NCBI GenBank assembly: GCA_031835245.2 | Contig: JAVKOQ020000092.1 | Coordinates: 62,001-126,000, forward strand | Length of the DNA stretch: 64,000 nucleotides | Direction: 5' to 3' | From: Balamuthia mandrillaris | Lineage: Eukaryota | In this document: positions 35,697-49,360 of the stretch, piece by piece | Numbering within the stretch: the first letter of the stretch is position 1 | Layout: each line of letters opens with the position of its first letter | Position numbers and translations under genes: made by a program | Notes under the pieces: generated by a model | What the model saw: only the letters and a program-made list of their open reading frames with translations | Told to the model about the DNA's origin: nothing | The model's database searches: none

Positions 35697-37015
35697 TCAA
35701 ACGCAAGCGGTGCGGTTGTGGTTTGGTTTGAGCCCGGAAGGACAATCCTCGCATCCGAACAGCCCGAAAGGGGAGACCTTGTTGTCGGTTGGGCACCTGA
35801 AAGGAGGGTCATACCTCTCATTGAAGCGGTTGCCTCGCCCCACCGTGAACACGGTTGCGTTGTACCGTTGTCGCAGCGGTGGCAAAGCAGGCTCTCCCGA
35901 AGGCGAGACGTTGTGGTCAAAGTAGCAGCCTTCGATGGTCGCTCTCTTCGCCCAACTGTCGATGAGGGAGCCGCTGAGCCTGTTTTCGATGAAAGAGAGG
36001 TCTTGAAGCGTAATGCTTGTCGAGTCGGCTAAGCAGACCAAGTCCCCAGCATAGGGCACCTTGTCAAAGCGCCGAAAGGTGGTGTTGCGAATGGTTAGAT
36101 CCGCCTCCACATGCAGGGTGAGGAACTTGCCTTGAGCAAACAAGCTGTTTTCGACAGTAACGGAAGCAAGCTGCCCGAGAGGGGAGGTCAGTCGCCAAGA
36201 TAGGATACACACATATCCCAAAAACAAAGGCCTGAGTAACGCACGGTGAACAGCTGAAACTCATCAAACAGATCGTTTTGGTATCCTTCCATGACGGAGC
36301 TTCTCCAAACGATGGCAGCAGAGTAGTTCTGCGTGCCACTGGATATCAGCACCTTGGGTGGATAGCTCTTCACGCCCAACAACTCCACAAAGGGCCTGGG
36401 CGACACCAGGATGCGCTCCATCTGGACCACAGGGCCGAGCAAGTCCCTCATATCCAACTCACGCAAGACCAAGTCCCACGCGGAGACTCTCGCTGGCATG
36501 GACCACCCGATGGGCGGCATGACATTGTAGAGGAAGGTTTCTACCCAGAGGTTGTGGATGTTGACCGACAGGAGGTGAGGGAGCTTGTCGAGCGGAGGAG
36601 GAGGCTCTTTGGACCCGATTATCACCTGCAAGTAGAGAATGACGGGGCACACCTCCAGCGGTCGTCGAGAGGAGGCGGTACAGTCGGAGCCATGAAGACC
36701 TCGGATGGTCAGGTGCCTCAGCGTCTGGTTTTCGTTCGAGAGCACCAGGTGGAGCTTTTGATCTTTGTAGACGCCAGGAGCAACGCACACCACAGCGGTG
36801 GGGTGAGGGAAGAGCGTCCGGTTGGAGATGAGAAACGCGGCGGCTCCCATGGTCTGAAAAGGGGTGCGCCAGGAGGTGCCGTTGTGCCTCTGATCGTCGC
36901 CGTTCCGCCCATCCACAAAGATGTTGCACTGGCGGGCTGCGGCCGAGGACGCCCACCCGCTTAGAGCCAGACAGAGCAGCGCCACGGACAATGGGACGAG
37001 GAAGGAAGAGGCCAT
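35697..37015 (-). CDS. Secreted protein, probable right-handed beta-helix/pectin-lyase-like fold (2 exons)
   Basis: Signal peptide MASSFLVPLSVALLCLALSGWASSAAA, then IFVDGRNGDD..GTSWRTPFQT..VAPGVY (N-terminal cap motif typical of beta-helix proteins). Beta-helix-like strands (LTIRNTTF, ATIEGCYFDHN) precede a Cys-rich tail. Confidence 0.65.
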
Positions 37016-37265
37016 GTCGTGTGGTCGGGAGTGTTCGAAGGTGCAAGACGGCAAAGGCAGTCGCGTGCATTTTGACAAAGCTATATTGTTGGTCTTCTTC
37101 GGGACTCCTTTTGAGCAAAGAGCCGAGGCGGATAGCCTGGATGTGGACAGCATTACACTCGGCTTCTTTCTCAAGAAAGAAGGAAAGAAAGAGGGTCGAA
37201 CAGAAAAGAAGCAGGTGTTACAAGAAATATTTTAAAACATATTCGAGGTGGAGCATTTTTTGTTT

Positions 37266-38457
37266 TCAGTATCCGAGTTCAAAGGTGGCGTCGGAGAAGA
37301 ACAATTCCTGCTGCTGTTGAGCCTTTCGCTTGCGGTATATGAGAACGCCGCCGATGGCACCAAAGATCATCAAAGCCAAGGCGAAGCCAACGATGGCCAC
37401 CACGAACCAACCTTTCTTCGAAAGGCCAAAATGTTTCGTTTCATCACTTTCATTTCGTTTCGAATAAGTGGCCATCCAAGAAGGAAAAAGAAAAAAACAA
37501 GAAAAAAAGAAACGAGAGAGAAACGGAAGAAGAAAAGAACGAGAAAAGATACCGAACCTGTCATCGTTTTCCTGAGAAGGCAAACATTCGGACTTCTTGA
37601 TGGAGTCTCTGGCTATCGCGTGGTAACAAGAAGAAGTATCTCCAGCAGTCTCAGGAATAACCCAACTGATGTTCTTAGAGAGCAGCTGACAAAGCTCTCC
37701 GGGATCTTTAGCTCCTGAGAATTGCGGCACTTTGTCCAGTTGTCCCTCGCAAGCATGGAACAAGCTTTCACAGAAAGTGGAACAAATCCTGAAATAGGAT
37801 CCTACGGAAGACAACAGAAGAACGATGAAGAGAAAACATAAGCGGGGCGAGGAGAAGGAGAAGGAGAAGGAGAAGGAGAAGGAGAAGGAGAAGGAGAAGG
37901 AGAAGGAGAAGGAGAAGGAGAAGGAGAAGGAGAAGGAGAAGGAGAAGGAGAAGGAGAAGAGAGAGAGAAAAATTACGGTACCTTTGGCGAAATGATCATT
38001 ATCAGGAGCACAGCGAGAACAGAGGAGGTCCGCAAAGACGTAGTAACAATCACCAGTCACTTGAGAGGACAACGTCTTCAGAGCGGACTGCGTTGTTGAT
38101 TGTTCAAAGCCAAAGTTGAGAAAAGAAAGAAATTTGATGAGATTCGCAAAGAAAAAAAAGATACCACAGTCTCCAGCCCAATGGAGTCCCATGTGGTCTT
38201 ATCGCAACACGTGTAGCCAGAAAACCAACAACAAGTTTCCAAATGTTCGTTCTATTTGTATTTTTGAGATGAGGATCGATTAATAAAAGTAAAAATTTCG
38301 CTTCGGTGTTGCGTTATTTTTGTTTTTCAATGCAAACCTTCACAGGAGCGAAGCTATCCTTGGGTCCTACACATGAAACATCGTCGTCTCCTCGCGAGAA
38401 CGAACAAGTAACAGCCAAGAGCACAAGCCCCACAACCAAAGCCCTTTTCATCATCAT
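37266..38457 (-). CDS. Type I membrane protein with folate-receptor-like Cys-rich ectodomain (multi-exon)
   Basis: Signal peptide MMMKRALVVGLVLLAVTCS. Cys pattern CCWFSGYTCC..DCYYVFADLLCSRCAP..ICSTFCESLFHAC..LC..CY. TM segment WFVVAIVGFALALMIFGAIGGVLIY is followed by RKRK. Confidence 0.7.
37850..37958 (-). repeat. (GGAGAA)n intronic microsatellite
   Basis: Visible directly; pyrimidine-rich on the sense (minus) strand. Confidence 0.9.
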
Positions 38458-39152
38458 CGATTTCTTTTTTCTTCCTCTCTCGCCTTTTCCGTAATTGACT
38501 TTTTCTTTTATGTCGACAACAATTAATTAATTTGGATTTGTTGTCGACAGACAAAACAATTTCCCACAGTTACCATGGAAATCATCGGTTGCCATAGCAA
38601 GGTTATAATTTTGTATTGCTTACGTCGACAACACGTTTGGGCAACGGATACATCCGAGGGGCGATGTTCTTTGTCCAAAGGCGCACAAAGCGACAGCCAC
38701 CTTCAGCGCACAGCCAAGTCATTATGCGCCGTTGCTCAAATCAACAAAAAAAGAACCCCACCGGGGAGAAACAAACATCATAAAGAATAAGAAGGGAAGG
38801 AAGAAGCAAAGAAGAAGGGGAGGAACAGTTGTAGAATCTTTTTTTATTTTCTTTTCTGTAAAGGAACACACGGAGGGGAGCAAACAAGTTTTTTTTTGTT
38901 GTTTATTTATTGACTTGCTCACCAAAACTTTTTCTTTTTGTACATTACTTTTTTCATTTCTTTGCTGCTTCCATTTGTATTTTTTTTTTTGTTTGGTGAC
39001 CATCACTTTTTTTTTGTTTTTTGTAAATGTTGATCTATGAAGGCACCGTCAATCTTCTTTCTGTAGAGCTCCCTAAACAACCGCTTCTTGCCTCCTCTTT
39101 TTCTCCTTTCTCTTCCCCTTCACCTTCTTCCTGCCATCCTGTCCTATCCATC

Positions 39153-40574
39153 ATGGGCAACTCCAACACCACTCCTTCCTCTACCCCCAATGATGGTCTC
39201 CATCAACATCATCACTACCCGACGCCGCTGAACACTCCCCCCTGTTCCCCCTTTCTTCAACCACGACCCCAATCGCTCGGTCGCTGGGAGGAATATTCCC
39301 TCTCCTCCACGCTCCTGGGCGAAGGCTCCTTTGGGGTGGTGCAGCTCGGCTACCACAAACGGACGGGAGAGCGCGTGGCAGTGAAGGTCTTTGACAAGTC
39401 CCGTCTTACCCCCAAGCTCCGCAAACGGCTGAACCTGGAGGTTTCCGTGCTCTCCCGTTTGCAGCATGAGGGCCTTTGCAAGCTCTCGGCGGAGGGAGAG
39501 CTGGGGGACCGCCGCTTTGTGGTCTTTGAGTACATTAACGGCGGGGACCTGTTCGACTATGTCATCAGCAGGGGAAGGCTGTGCGAGGAGGAGGCGCGGC
39601 ATTTCTTTGGCCAGCTCTGCCGGGCGTTGCACTATCTCCACTCTCACGGCGTCATCCACCATGACGTCAAGTTGGAGAACTGCATGATACAACAACTCGA
39701 GGGCGATGATGAAAACGAAAACTCCGCTTCCTCCATCAAAGACGGGAACGATTCTGACTCTTCTTCTTTGTCCTCCTCACCCACACCATGGAAACGGAAA
39801 CAACTGAAGCTTATAGACTTTAACCTCTGCGCGGTGGAGAGCCATCCAGGACAGCTGCTCTCCAAGTTCAGCGGGACGGAAGCCTACTGCGCTCCAGAGC
39901 TCTTCGAGGGGCACCGCTACGATGGCAAGAAGGTGGATGTCTACTCCACCGGCTGCCTGCTATACGTTATCCTCACAGGCTGCTATCCCTTCAGCGAGGA
40001 CCCGGACCTCCAGTTTGAGCAGCAGACCTCCCTGCGCTACCTGGCCTCGTTGCGTTTGCCCGAAGGATGCTCCTCGGAGGCACGAGACCTGTTGGGTAAG
40101 TTGTTGGATCCTTGCCCACGGACGAGACCGACCATGGCTCAAGTTTTGAGCCATCCTTTCTTGGCTGGAACGACGAAAGCTGCTGCTTCAACAAATACCG
40201 CAGCAACAACGTCAACGTTGACGGAAACGACGACGACAGCCCCGACACCGACGTCGGAGTTTACACATCCGCAACGGCGGAGAGAACAAGAGCATGATTT
40301 AGTGTGGGCGTCTGGCGAGGAGAGCGAGGATGAATCTTCATCTGGCTCTGCTCCATCTTCTTCCTCATTTGAGCGGAGACAGCGGCTTCACCAGCATCAA
40401 CAAACCATGAGGACTACCACGGGGAGCCAAGTTCACGGAGAGGATGACGAGGAAGACGAGTACGGGGATGAAGTCGCGTGCAGGGTGGCGTGGGCCGATG
40501 AGGGTGATTGGGAGGAGGAAGACGCAGATGATGCGGATGGAGATGCCTCTGGCATGGTCCATGAATACTACTAA
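39153..40574 (+). CDS. CAMK-group Ser/Thr protein kinase, intronless, probably N-myristoylated
   Basis: MGNSNT start, LGEGSFGVV, VAVKVF, HHDVKLEN, LIDFN, GTEAYCAPE, DVYSTG and an acidic tail. Confidence 0.92.
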   Translation: MGNSNTTPSSTPNDGLHQHHHYPTPLNTPPCSPFLQPRPQSLGRWEEYSLSSTLLGEGSFGVVQLGYHKRTGERVAVKVFDKSRLTPKLRKRLNLEVSVLSRLQHEGLCKLSAEGELGDRRFVVFEYINGGDLFDYVISRGRLCEEEARHFFGQLCRALHYLHSHGVIHHDVKLENCMIQQLEGDDENENSASSIKDGNDSDSSSLSSSPTPWKRKQLKLIDFNLCAVESHPGQLLSKFSGTEAYCAPELFEGHRYDGKKVDVYSTGCLLYVILTGCYPFSEDPDLQFEQQTSLRYLASLRLPEGCSSEARDLLGKLLDPCPRTRPTMAQVLSHPFLAGTTKAAASTNTAATTSTLTETTTTAPTPTSEFTHPQRRREQEHDLVWASGEESEDESSSGSAPSSSSFERRQRLHQHQQTMRTTTGSQVHGEDDEEDEYGDEVACRVAWADEGDWEEEDADDADGDASGMVHEYY

Positions 40575-41340
40575 CATTCTAACAGCATGTACACAAAAAG
40601 ACCATCATCTTTGTTATAAATAAGTATATCGGATGACCTAAGCTTTAAAGCCACAACCAACAACACGTTCTTTCATTGGCGACTAAGGTTCTTCTTTCTT
40701 CTTCTTTCTTCTTCTTCTTGTGTTCATTGTCTCGGAAGCTGAATGTGAGCCGCCAATGAAAGAACGAAGGAAGGAATTGAGTTGCCGTCAAGAAGCAGCA
40801 TTCCGTTTAACATTCTCCTCCACAGCGAATTCCCGAATGACTCCCAGGAAGCTCGTCCTTGGTTTGTTCAATAACAATAACAATAGGTGTTAAAAAAAAA
40901 AGGTTTAAAGAAACCGACTCGCGTGAGGCAAGTGTATTGCTCTTTGGCTTCCTCGATGTGGGTGGACTTGGAGGCGGCACGAGCTCCATAAAGCAGCATG
41001 GGGAGTACTCCCCGCGCTGGATGGGCGGGAGAAGAGCTCGTTCGTTCGACTTGGCCAAGTAGTAAGCGTTCCGCATGGCGGGGGTGATGCTCCCATCCAT
41101 GGCGAGGAGTGGGACTCACTATGGAAGGAGCTCGGTGCATCGACACAAAGGCAAGGTGTTTGCAATAGTGGAGACAGCACTGCATATAACCAGACACACT
41201 TCTGGGCCTGCTTTGCAGAAATGAGGCTTCCGTCTATTTGTAAGGTAATACTATTGCTACGTTGCAGCAAAACAGAATATACTGCCGCCGATGGTGTCAA
41301 CTGGGAAGTGGTTCACCTCGTAAGGCTCTCTCTTCTTCTC

Positions 41341-42056
41341 TTATTCCACCTCGGCAATCATGTCCACCTCCACGGGAACGTTAAGGGGAAGAGCGTTGGT
41401 GCCCACCGCCATGCGGGCGTGGCTGCCCCTCTGCTTGCCAAAGATAGCCACCATCGTGTCGCTCACCCCGTTGATGACCGCTGGCTGCTTATCGAACCCA
41501 TCCACACAATTCACGAGTCCTATGTTGTTTGTTTGGTGTAGCGTTAGGGCAGTTTGAAGAAGGAGGGCAGTGGGGGGTCTAGGGTTTGTGCGTTTGAAAG
41601 AAGAAGAAGAAGAGACGAAACAAAAAAAGAGAGAGACGAGGAACCATGAACTTTGACGATGCGTTTCACTTTATCGAGGTCGCCTACCTCCTGCTTGAGA
41701 GCGCTGACCAAGCAGAGGGCGCAGGCCTTGGCGGCCTCGTAGGCCTGCTCCTGGGTGACCTCCTTGCCCACCTTGCCCTGGTGGACCAGCCGGCCGTCCT
41801 TGCCGTAGGGGATCTGCCCGGCGATGTAGACCAAGTTGCCGGTGCGCACGGAGGGCACGTAGTTGGCCGCCGGCTTGGCCACTGGCGGCAGGTCCAGGCC
41901 CAGCTCCTTGATCTTGGCCTCGGTGTGCACGCGAGCGCCTGCAGCCTGGGTCAGAGCGAAAGTCGGAGGCAGAGCAGAAGTGCCCTTCAGAGAGGAAAGA
42001 AGGCCACTCTTGTTTGACGAGCAGGAAACCGAAACCAGTGCTGCAGATCTTCTCAT
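41341..42056 (-). CDS. Rid/YjgF/YER057c/UK114-family protein with probable mitochondrial presequence (2 exons)
   Basis: LPPVAKPAANYVPSVRTGNLVYIAGQIP..RIVK|..GFDKQPAVINGVSD..HARMAVGTNALPLNVPVEVDMIAEVE*, with an R/S/L-rich leader. Confidence 0.9.
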
Positions 42057-42109
42057 TCTTTTTCTCTCTCTTTAAAACTTTTGTGGATTTTTTGATCTAT
42101 TTTTAAACT

Positions 42110-42141
42110 TTTCTGATTGTTGATTGGTGGTTTGAATTTTT
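42110..42141 (+). repeat. 32-bp direct repeat, copy 1 (copy 2 at 46547-46578); ATTGG/CCAAT-box promoter-like
   Basis: TTTCTGATTGTTGATTGGTGGTTTGAATTTTT is identical at both sites, and similarity continues to TTATTGGCT. Confidence 0.85.
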
Positions 42142-42188
42142 TTTTGGTTTTTTATTGGCTGAATGATTTTAACTATGAAAAACGATTG

Positions 42189-42337
42189 GGCATCGATATC
42201 CACGGGATGCCTCTTGGTCTTAGTGTCTCGATCTCACCTCTTGCTCTCATGTTTCGTCTTTCTTTTGTCTGTTTTTTATGTATACGTATGTATGTAGGTC
42301 ATGGCGAATTGTGCAGCCACGGAGAACGAACAGGTTT
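42189..42337 (+). pseudogene. Degenerate fragment of the metallophosphoesterase gene (exon-intron-exon copy of ~48664-48816)
   Basis: GIDI---HGMPL and GHGELCSHGERTG compare with GIDILITHGPPL and GHGDLCSRGDRAG. The intron sequence TCTCACCTCTTGYTCTCATGTTTCGTCTTTCTTTTGT is shared. Confidence 0.8.
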
Positions 42338-42845
42338 GCTCCCCGCTCATTCCTACCCAGGTTTGCTTCTTTCTCTCTCACAAGTCCTCGCTTGCCCTTA
42401 TGAAGAAGAAGAAGAAGACGAGATGACTAACATTCTACTGAAAGAGGTTACCTTTTCACTGTTAAAGTTGATCGTTGGAAGATGATGCAGAGAAGCACGA
42501 ACGAAACGCAAAAACAAGAGAAAGAGCATTTGTGGAATGTTTGGAAGGACTCTCGAAACTGGTTCATCAGTTTCGAGATGCAGCTTTCCTCGGCGCCATC
42601 TCCGAAATGCAGTCTCCCGTTGTACAAATCTCAGAAGAAAGCTTCCAACAAGTTCATCGACGAGCGCTTCGAAATGAATCCGAATCGGAGGAAGCAGAAA
42701 ATGAAGAAAGGCCTTGTATACCAGCTGTAATGTTATGCCGCTGCCATTCGCTATAGTGCCGCTGTACTGCGGGTCGTCTTTCCGGTGCACTTTGCAGTTG
42801 AGCACCGTGGTCAAAGGCCTGGTCTATTGGTCACCATGGAGCAAT

Positions 42846-42978
<133 letters not shown>

Positions 42979-43089
42979 GCAGGACGAGGAAGGGAGAGAG
43001 TCCGCAAAATGGAAGATGGTATATTTCAGTAAAACAGCAAAGGTAGGAAATATCACAACCAACAACAACAGAACATAGTGAGCAAGTTA

Positions 43090-45240
43090 TCATTCAGCGT
43101 GCTGGGGTGCATCCGATATGTGTTCTGGATTGCTGTTTCAAATGCTCAGTAAATAACTTGGTTTGAACCCAAAGGAGGTAAGAAAAAACGAAAGGGAGAA
43201 CAAAACGTACAGATCAAGGCACCACGCGCACATGTGAAACCTTTGTTGCTGTGACAAGGCATATAACTGTGGAAGAGCTGTTTTCCAAGCGGCCAACATT
43301 TTCAACACCTGCTCCTCGCTTACCTCGGAGCGATAGACCACCAGACAAGCGAAAAGCGGGGTTTTTTTTTCAACCACATCCAGTGCGGCCACTTGTCTTT
43401 CCAGTTGCGCGAGCTTCGAAAGCAAGGCAACTTGGTACCACTCAAACTCCGGCGAGGCCTCTCCTGGCTCTAAAAGGTGGCGCCTTTTAAAAGTGGTAGT
43501 GGTGAACTCGGCTATGATGGTGCCTTGTTCACTGTCACCAATGGCGTTATACTCGATGGTCTTCAATCTTTTGATTCTGACTGCTTGGCAAGTAGCATCG
43601 GAGCACGGAATCGGGCGATGCTGGCAGACCCTCTCCCCAATGCGCTCTCGAAGGAGGGTGTACTCCTGTCCAAGCTTGTCATAGAGGGATGTGGCCTGCC
43701 CCTCTGACAGCCGCTTCTTATCCCATCGCCATTCTACAAGGTACTGGACCCCCAGTTTTGCAAGTCGTTTGGTGGTAAGTTCCAGAGCAGTGACCTCTGC
43801 CACCATAGTGACCTTCCTACGTTGGTCCGCAAGTTCGCTCTTGACGTCCGCAAGTTCGCCCTTGACGTCCGCAAGCTCGCCCTTGACGTCCGCAAGCTCG
43901 CTCTTGATGCCAACCAAGCCCTGCAAGATCAGGCGGGTCTCATAGGGTAACTTGTCTAGCCGTTCTTTGCTGTAAGAGTACAGGAGAAGAGGTTGCGTTG
44001 AGCTTTGTCTCTCGTCGTCGTTGCGCGAACACCAAAGAGAAAAGAAAAAGGAAAGAAGAGAAGAGATGACGAACCTTGCACCCAGCACGTCCACGAACTG
44101 TTGGTTCTGCTCTTTGATTTCTGAATAGAAAAACACAAACACTCATTAATGGGTTGTCCTCTCAGGAAGAGTTCAATCGCGAAGTAAAAAGCAGAGTAGG
44201 TGAATACTCTGCTTTTTACTTCGCGATTGAACGGTGATGTACTCATCTTCGTCGTCGTTGTTGCCCACAGTTGGTTGGTTGTTTTCCTCCGTTGTGGGTG
44301 GCAAAACAGGTTGTGAAGTGGAGGCACCAGGAGCCATCTTTCTGCGCCTGAGGAGGGGAAGTGAAGGAGGAAGGGAGGAAAGTGAATCCGCGGTCTGAAG
44401 AGAGGCCGAGGAATCAGCTTTCTGCTTTCCCTTCTCTTCCTCTTTACGCTCTGCTGGTGGAGCGGCAAGAAGAGAGGTAGAGGAAGCAGCTTTCTGCTTT
44501 CCCTTCTCTAGCCCCTTTTCACGCTCTGGCGTGGGGGAGGGAGAAGCAAGGGATGAACTGGGGGGCAACGCCTCAGCCGCAACGGGAGAACTGGTGGGAC
44601 TGGGGTCTCCGCAGGGTGAGGCTGAGGTCTCCGCAGAGGAAACAGAGGAAGCAAGAGCAGGGGGAGGAGGAGTGCTTTGCGTGGAAGGAGCCGGAGGGGA
44701 AACAGGGGGTCTCTCTCTCTTTATTCCCTTTTTCTTCCTGTTCCGCTTGCCGCGTGAAGAGGCGGAGGGCAAGAGGGCAATGGGACCGGGCGAGGAGGCA
44801 GACGCACCTGGGGTTGGCGCAGAGGATGCGGGAGGACTGGTTGAAGGGGCTGCGGGTGCGTCGTGCCTGAGCGCTGCAGAGCATAAGGAGGGCAAGTTAA
44901 GGAGGAACAATCGGGCAAGGCGAGCTTCGTTGAGGTGGAGGGAGCGGAGGTTCCTACCTGTCTCCTGGTGGTAGTATGCCCTGCCGTTGGCGCACCAAAA
45001 GCAATCCATCCCGTGGTCAAAAGTCAGTTGGAAGGTGACCTCCCACCGGGTGGCAACGTCCCTGATTCTTGTGCTCTCATTGATGTCGGCATCCTGTTTG
45101 GGCAGAACACAATGAATGGGCTCCTGCTCGAGTGCGTGCGTGTGTAAGTTAGTGTTTGTGGAGGACGGACCTGGACAACAGGGCCGCAGTCTCCCTGAAA
45201 AATGCTTCGGAAAGAAGCTTGATACCCGGGTGGTATTCAT
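43090..45240 (-). CDS. Hypothetical protein: Pro/Ser-rich linker, heptad coiled-coil and possible degenerate PD-(D/E)XK-like domain (multi-exon; start uncertain)
   Basis: ORFs 44173-45261 and 43138-44142 can be joined through GT-AG introns. Four ELADVK[G/S]-like heptads precede IEYNAIG..IIAEFTT..KLAQLERQ. The last exon reads LNPEHISDAPQHAE*. Confidence 0.55.
43825..43908 (-). repeat. 21-bp tandem repeat x4 encoding ELADVK[G/S] heptads
   Basis: GTCCGCAAG[T/C]TCGC[T/C]CTTGAC units are visible. Confidence 0.9.
44171..44232. repeat. Perfect 28-bp inverted repeat with 6-nt loop
   Basis: GTTCAATCGCGAAGTAAAAAGCAGAGTA-ggtgaa-TACTCTGCTTTTTACTTCGCGATTGAAC. Confidence 0.95.
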
Positions 45241-45949
45241 GCTGAAGGGTTTCTTTTGCAAACCCGCCGCTCATCACCTCAAAACGGACTTTAACTTTTA
45301 CGGAGAGTAAGAGGCTATTGAAACTGCTTGAACAAAAATAAAAACTGGTGTACCTTTTTGCATTGCTTTCATGTGGCCCAAGTAGCTAGATAAACCAAAC
45401 AAATGTTTAAAGTGGGGTAACCTGGATCCGCAGCGTCAGAAAGCCTGCGACAGGCACTAGAGATGGATGGTACGTAGAAAGTGGGCTAGTGTATTAGCTT
45501 AATTGAACGCCGTCGCAAGAGCTTCTCAAGCTGAAGTGGAGAGACGCTGGAAGCAGGGGAGTATTATCTCGTGTGCAGCAAGCGCAACTTTGCCAAACGG
45601 GAGGGAAACAGAAGCAAAGAAAAATAAAATAGAAAACAGAGAAAGAAGAGGTTCGATAGCTGACCAAAGAGTCACACCATTTGATTGGCTGGGAGTTTGG
45701 AAATTTACCTCCCAATCAGGAACGGAAACGCTGTGGAAATCTGACGGAAGGGCCGGCAATGTCAACCTCAAAAAAAGAGCTATTTCCCTTATCCTTCAGT
45801 TTCCCGCCAAAAAAAAAAAAGAAAACAAAAAAAAAAAAAAAAAAACACAGGCACCTTCGAGAAGGGCTGTAAAAACTTTAAAGGATGAGAAGGTTTTTGG
45901 TTTTAAAAAAAATAATCATGTATGTTTTTTGTGTTGAGTGTTGGTAAGA

Positions 45950-46540
45950 GTGAACACTGCTAGCTCTTTCAAACACAGCAGCCACGCCCATCCCTTGATC
46001 ATCATGCGTTTCATGATTAGAACGTGCTCCCCAGAAAATAATACCAACAACAAAAAAGAACATGAAAGCAGAAAAAAAAAAAAAACAAACGAACCGGTGC
46101 CGACACACATCGAAACCACGCCGTAGCGACAGTTGCTCCTCTTCATCCCGTGCAATAGCGTTGCAGTGAGCCTCGCCCCAGTGCAGCCCAACGGATGGCC
46201 CATCGCTACCGCTCCGCCGTTGACGTTCACCTTGGCCGCGTTCAGCCCCAATGTTTTGCTGCCATAATGGCATTGCGATGCATATGTCTTTTTTGTTTGT
46301 GTTGTTTCAAAAGAATGTGTTAAAGTGATAAGAAAGAAAACAAAGAAAAAGACTACCTCAAACAAGTCGATGTCATCAAGAGCGAGGCCAGCCATGGTGA
46401 GTGTAAAACAAATAGCGCACCAGAGAGAGAGAGAGAGAGAGAACCATAACAGCAGGTTCACATCCGATGACAGCGTAGCCAGGAAGAATGCCCAGTATTT
46501 CCCAATGGAAAGCTTCCGCCATGTCTCTGTCCTGAAACGT
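45950..46540 (-). pseudogene. 5'-truncated 3-ketoacyl-CoA thiolase relic (C-terminal third only)
   Basis: KILGILPGYAVIGCEPAVM, AGLALDDIDLFE and YASQ..KVNVNGGAVAMGHPLGCTGAR..YGVVSMCVGTG|MGVAAVFER are present. The N-terminal catalytic-Cys region and the NEAF motif are absent. Confidence 0.8.
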
Positions 46541-46546
46541 ATCGCC

Positions 46547-46578
46547 TTTCTGATTGTTGATTGGTGGTTTGAATTTTT
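46547..46578 (+). repeat. 32-bp direct repeat, copy 2
   Basis: Identical to 42110-42141. Confidence 0.85.
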
Positions 46579-47035
46579 GGTTGTTTCTTATTGGCTAAGA
46601 TGCACAGATTGGGTAACTTCGATCTAGATCAATACACCAAAGGAAGCGAAGGGGCTGGCAATGCGTGGCTGCCGGTGGGGTGCAGCCGGGCTGGGCTGCC
46701 GCTGGTGGGGCGTTGGGGTCGCTGCTGGGCCGCCGCCGATGGCTCGTCGGGCTGTCTCTGCTGTCGCGGGGGTGGTGGAGGGCCGGGGCTGGGCTGCTGC
46801 TGCAGGGGCGTCGTGGGGCTGGGCCACACCCGGTGCCAGCAGCCCGCTGCGCCCTGGCCATTCGCTTAAAAAACAGAAAGTGGGGAGTGAAAAGAAAGAA
46901 AAGCGAAAACAAAACGGTGGCATCCCTCCTCCTCCTCCTCGCGGTGGCGGCTCCACGCTTGCAGCTTTTTCTTTTCAGCGCACACCCGCGGGCCAAGCTC
47001 CACGCCCTCCTCCTCGTCATCTTCGTGGCAAAAGC

Positions 47036-49254
<2,219 letters not shown>

Positions 49255-49360
49255 AATAAATGGGATGATAGTTCTTGTACAGGAGAAGATAGAGAGAATG
49301 AAACAACAAAAACAAAAACAAAAAAAAAAGATGCAAACTGTCCTTCTGGTTCTTTTTTTT

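Noticed and set aside
40807..41300. Short minus-strand ORFs between the kinase and Rid genes
   Set aside because: No recognisable motif or convincing exon structure. It could be 3' UTR or a small orphan and cannot be supported.
42400..42760. Acidic helical ORF fragment (MEDDAEKHER...)
   Set aside because: No clear ATG or family. It is treated as an orphan piece of the rearranged patch.
43825..43908. Regular repeats considered as a CRISPR array
   Set aside because: They are contiguous tandem units without spacers and encode heptads, and there are no cas genes. The context is eukaryotic.
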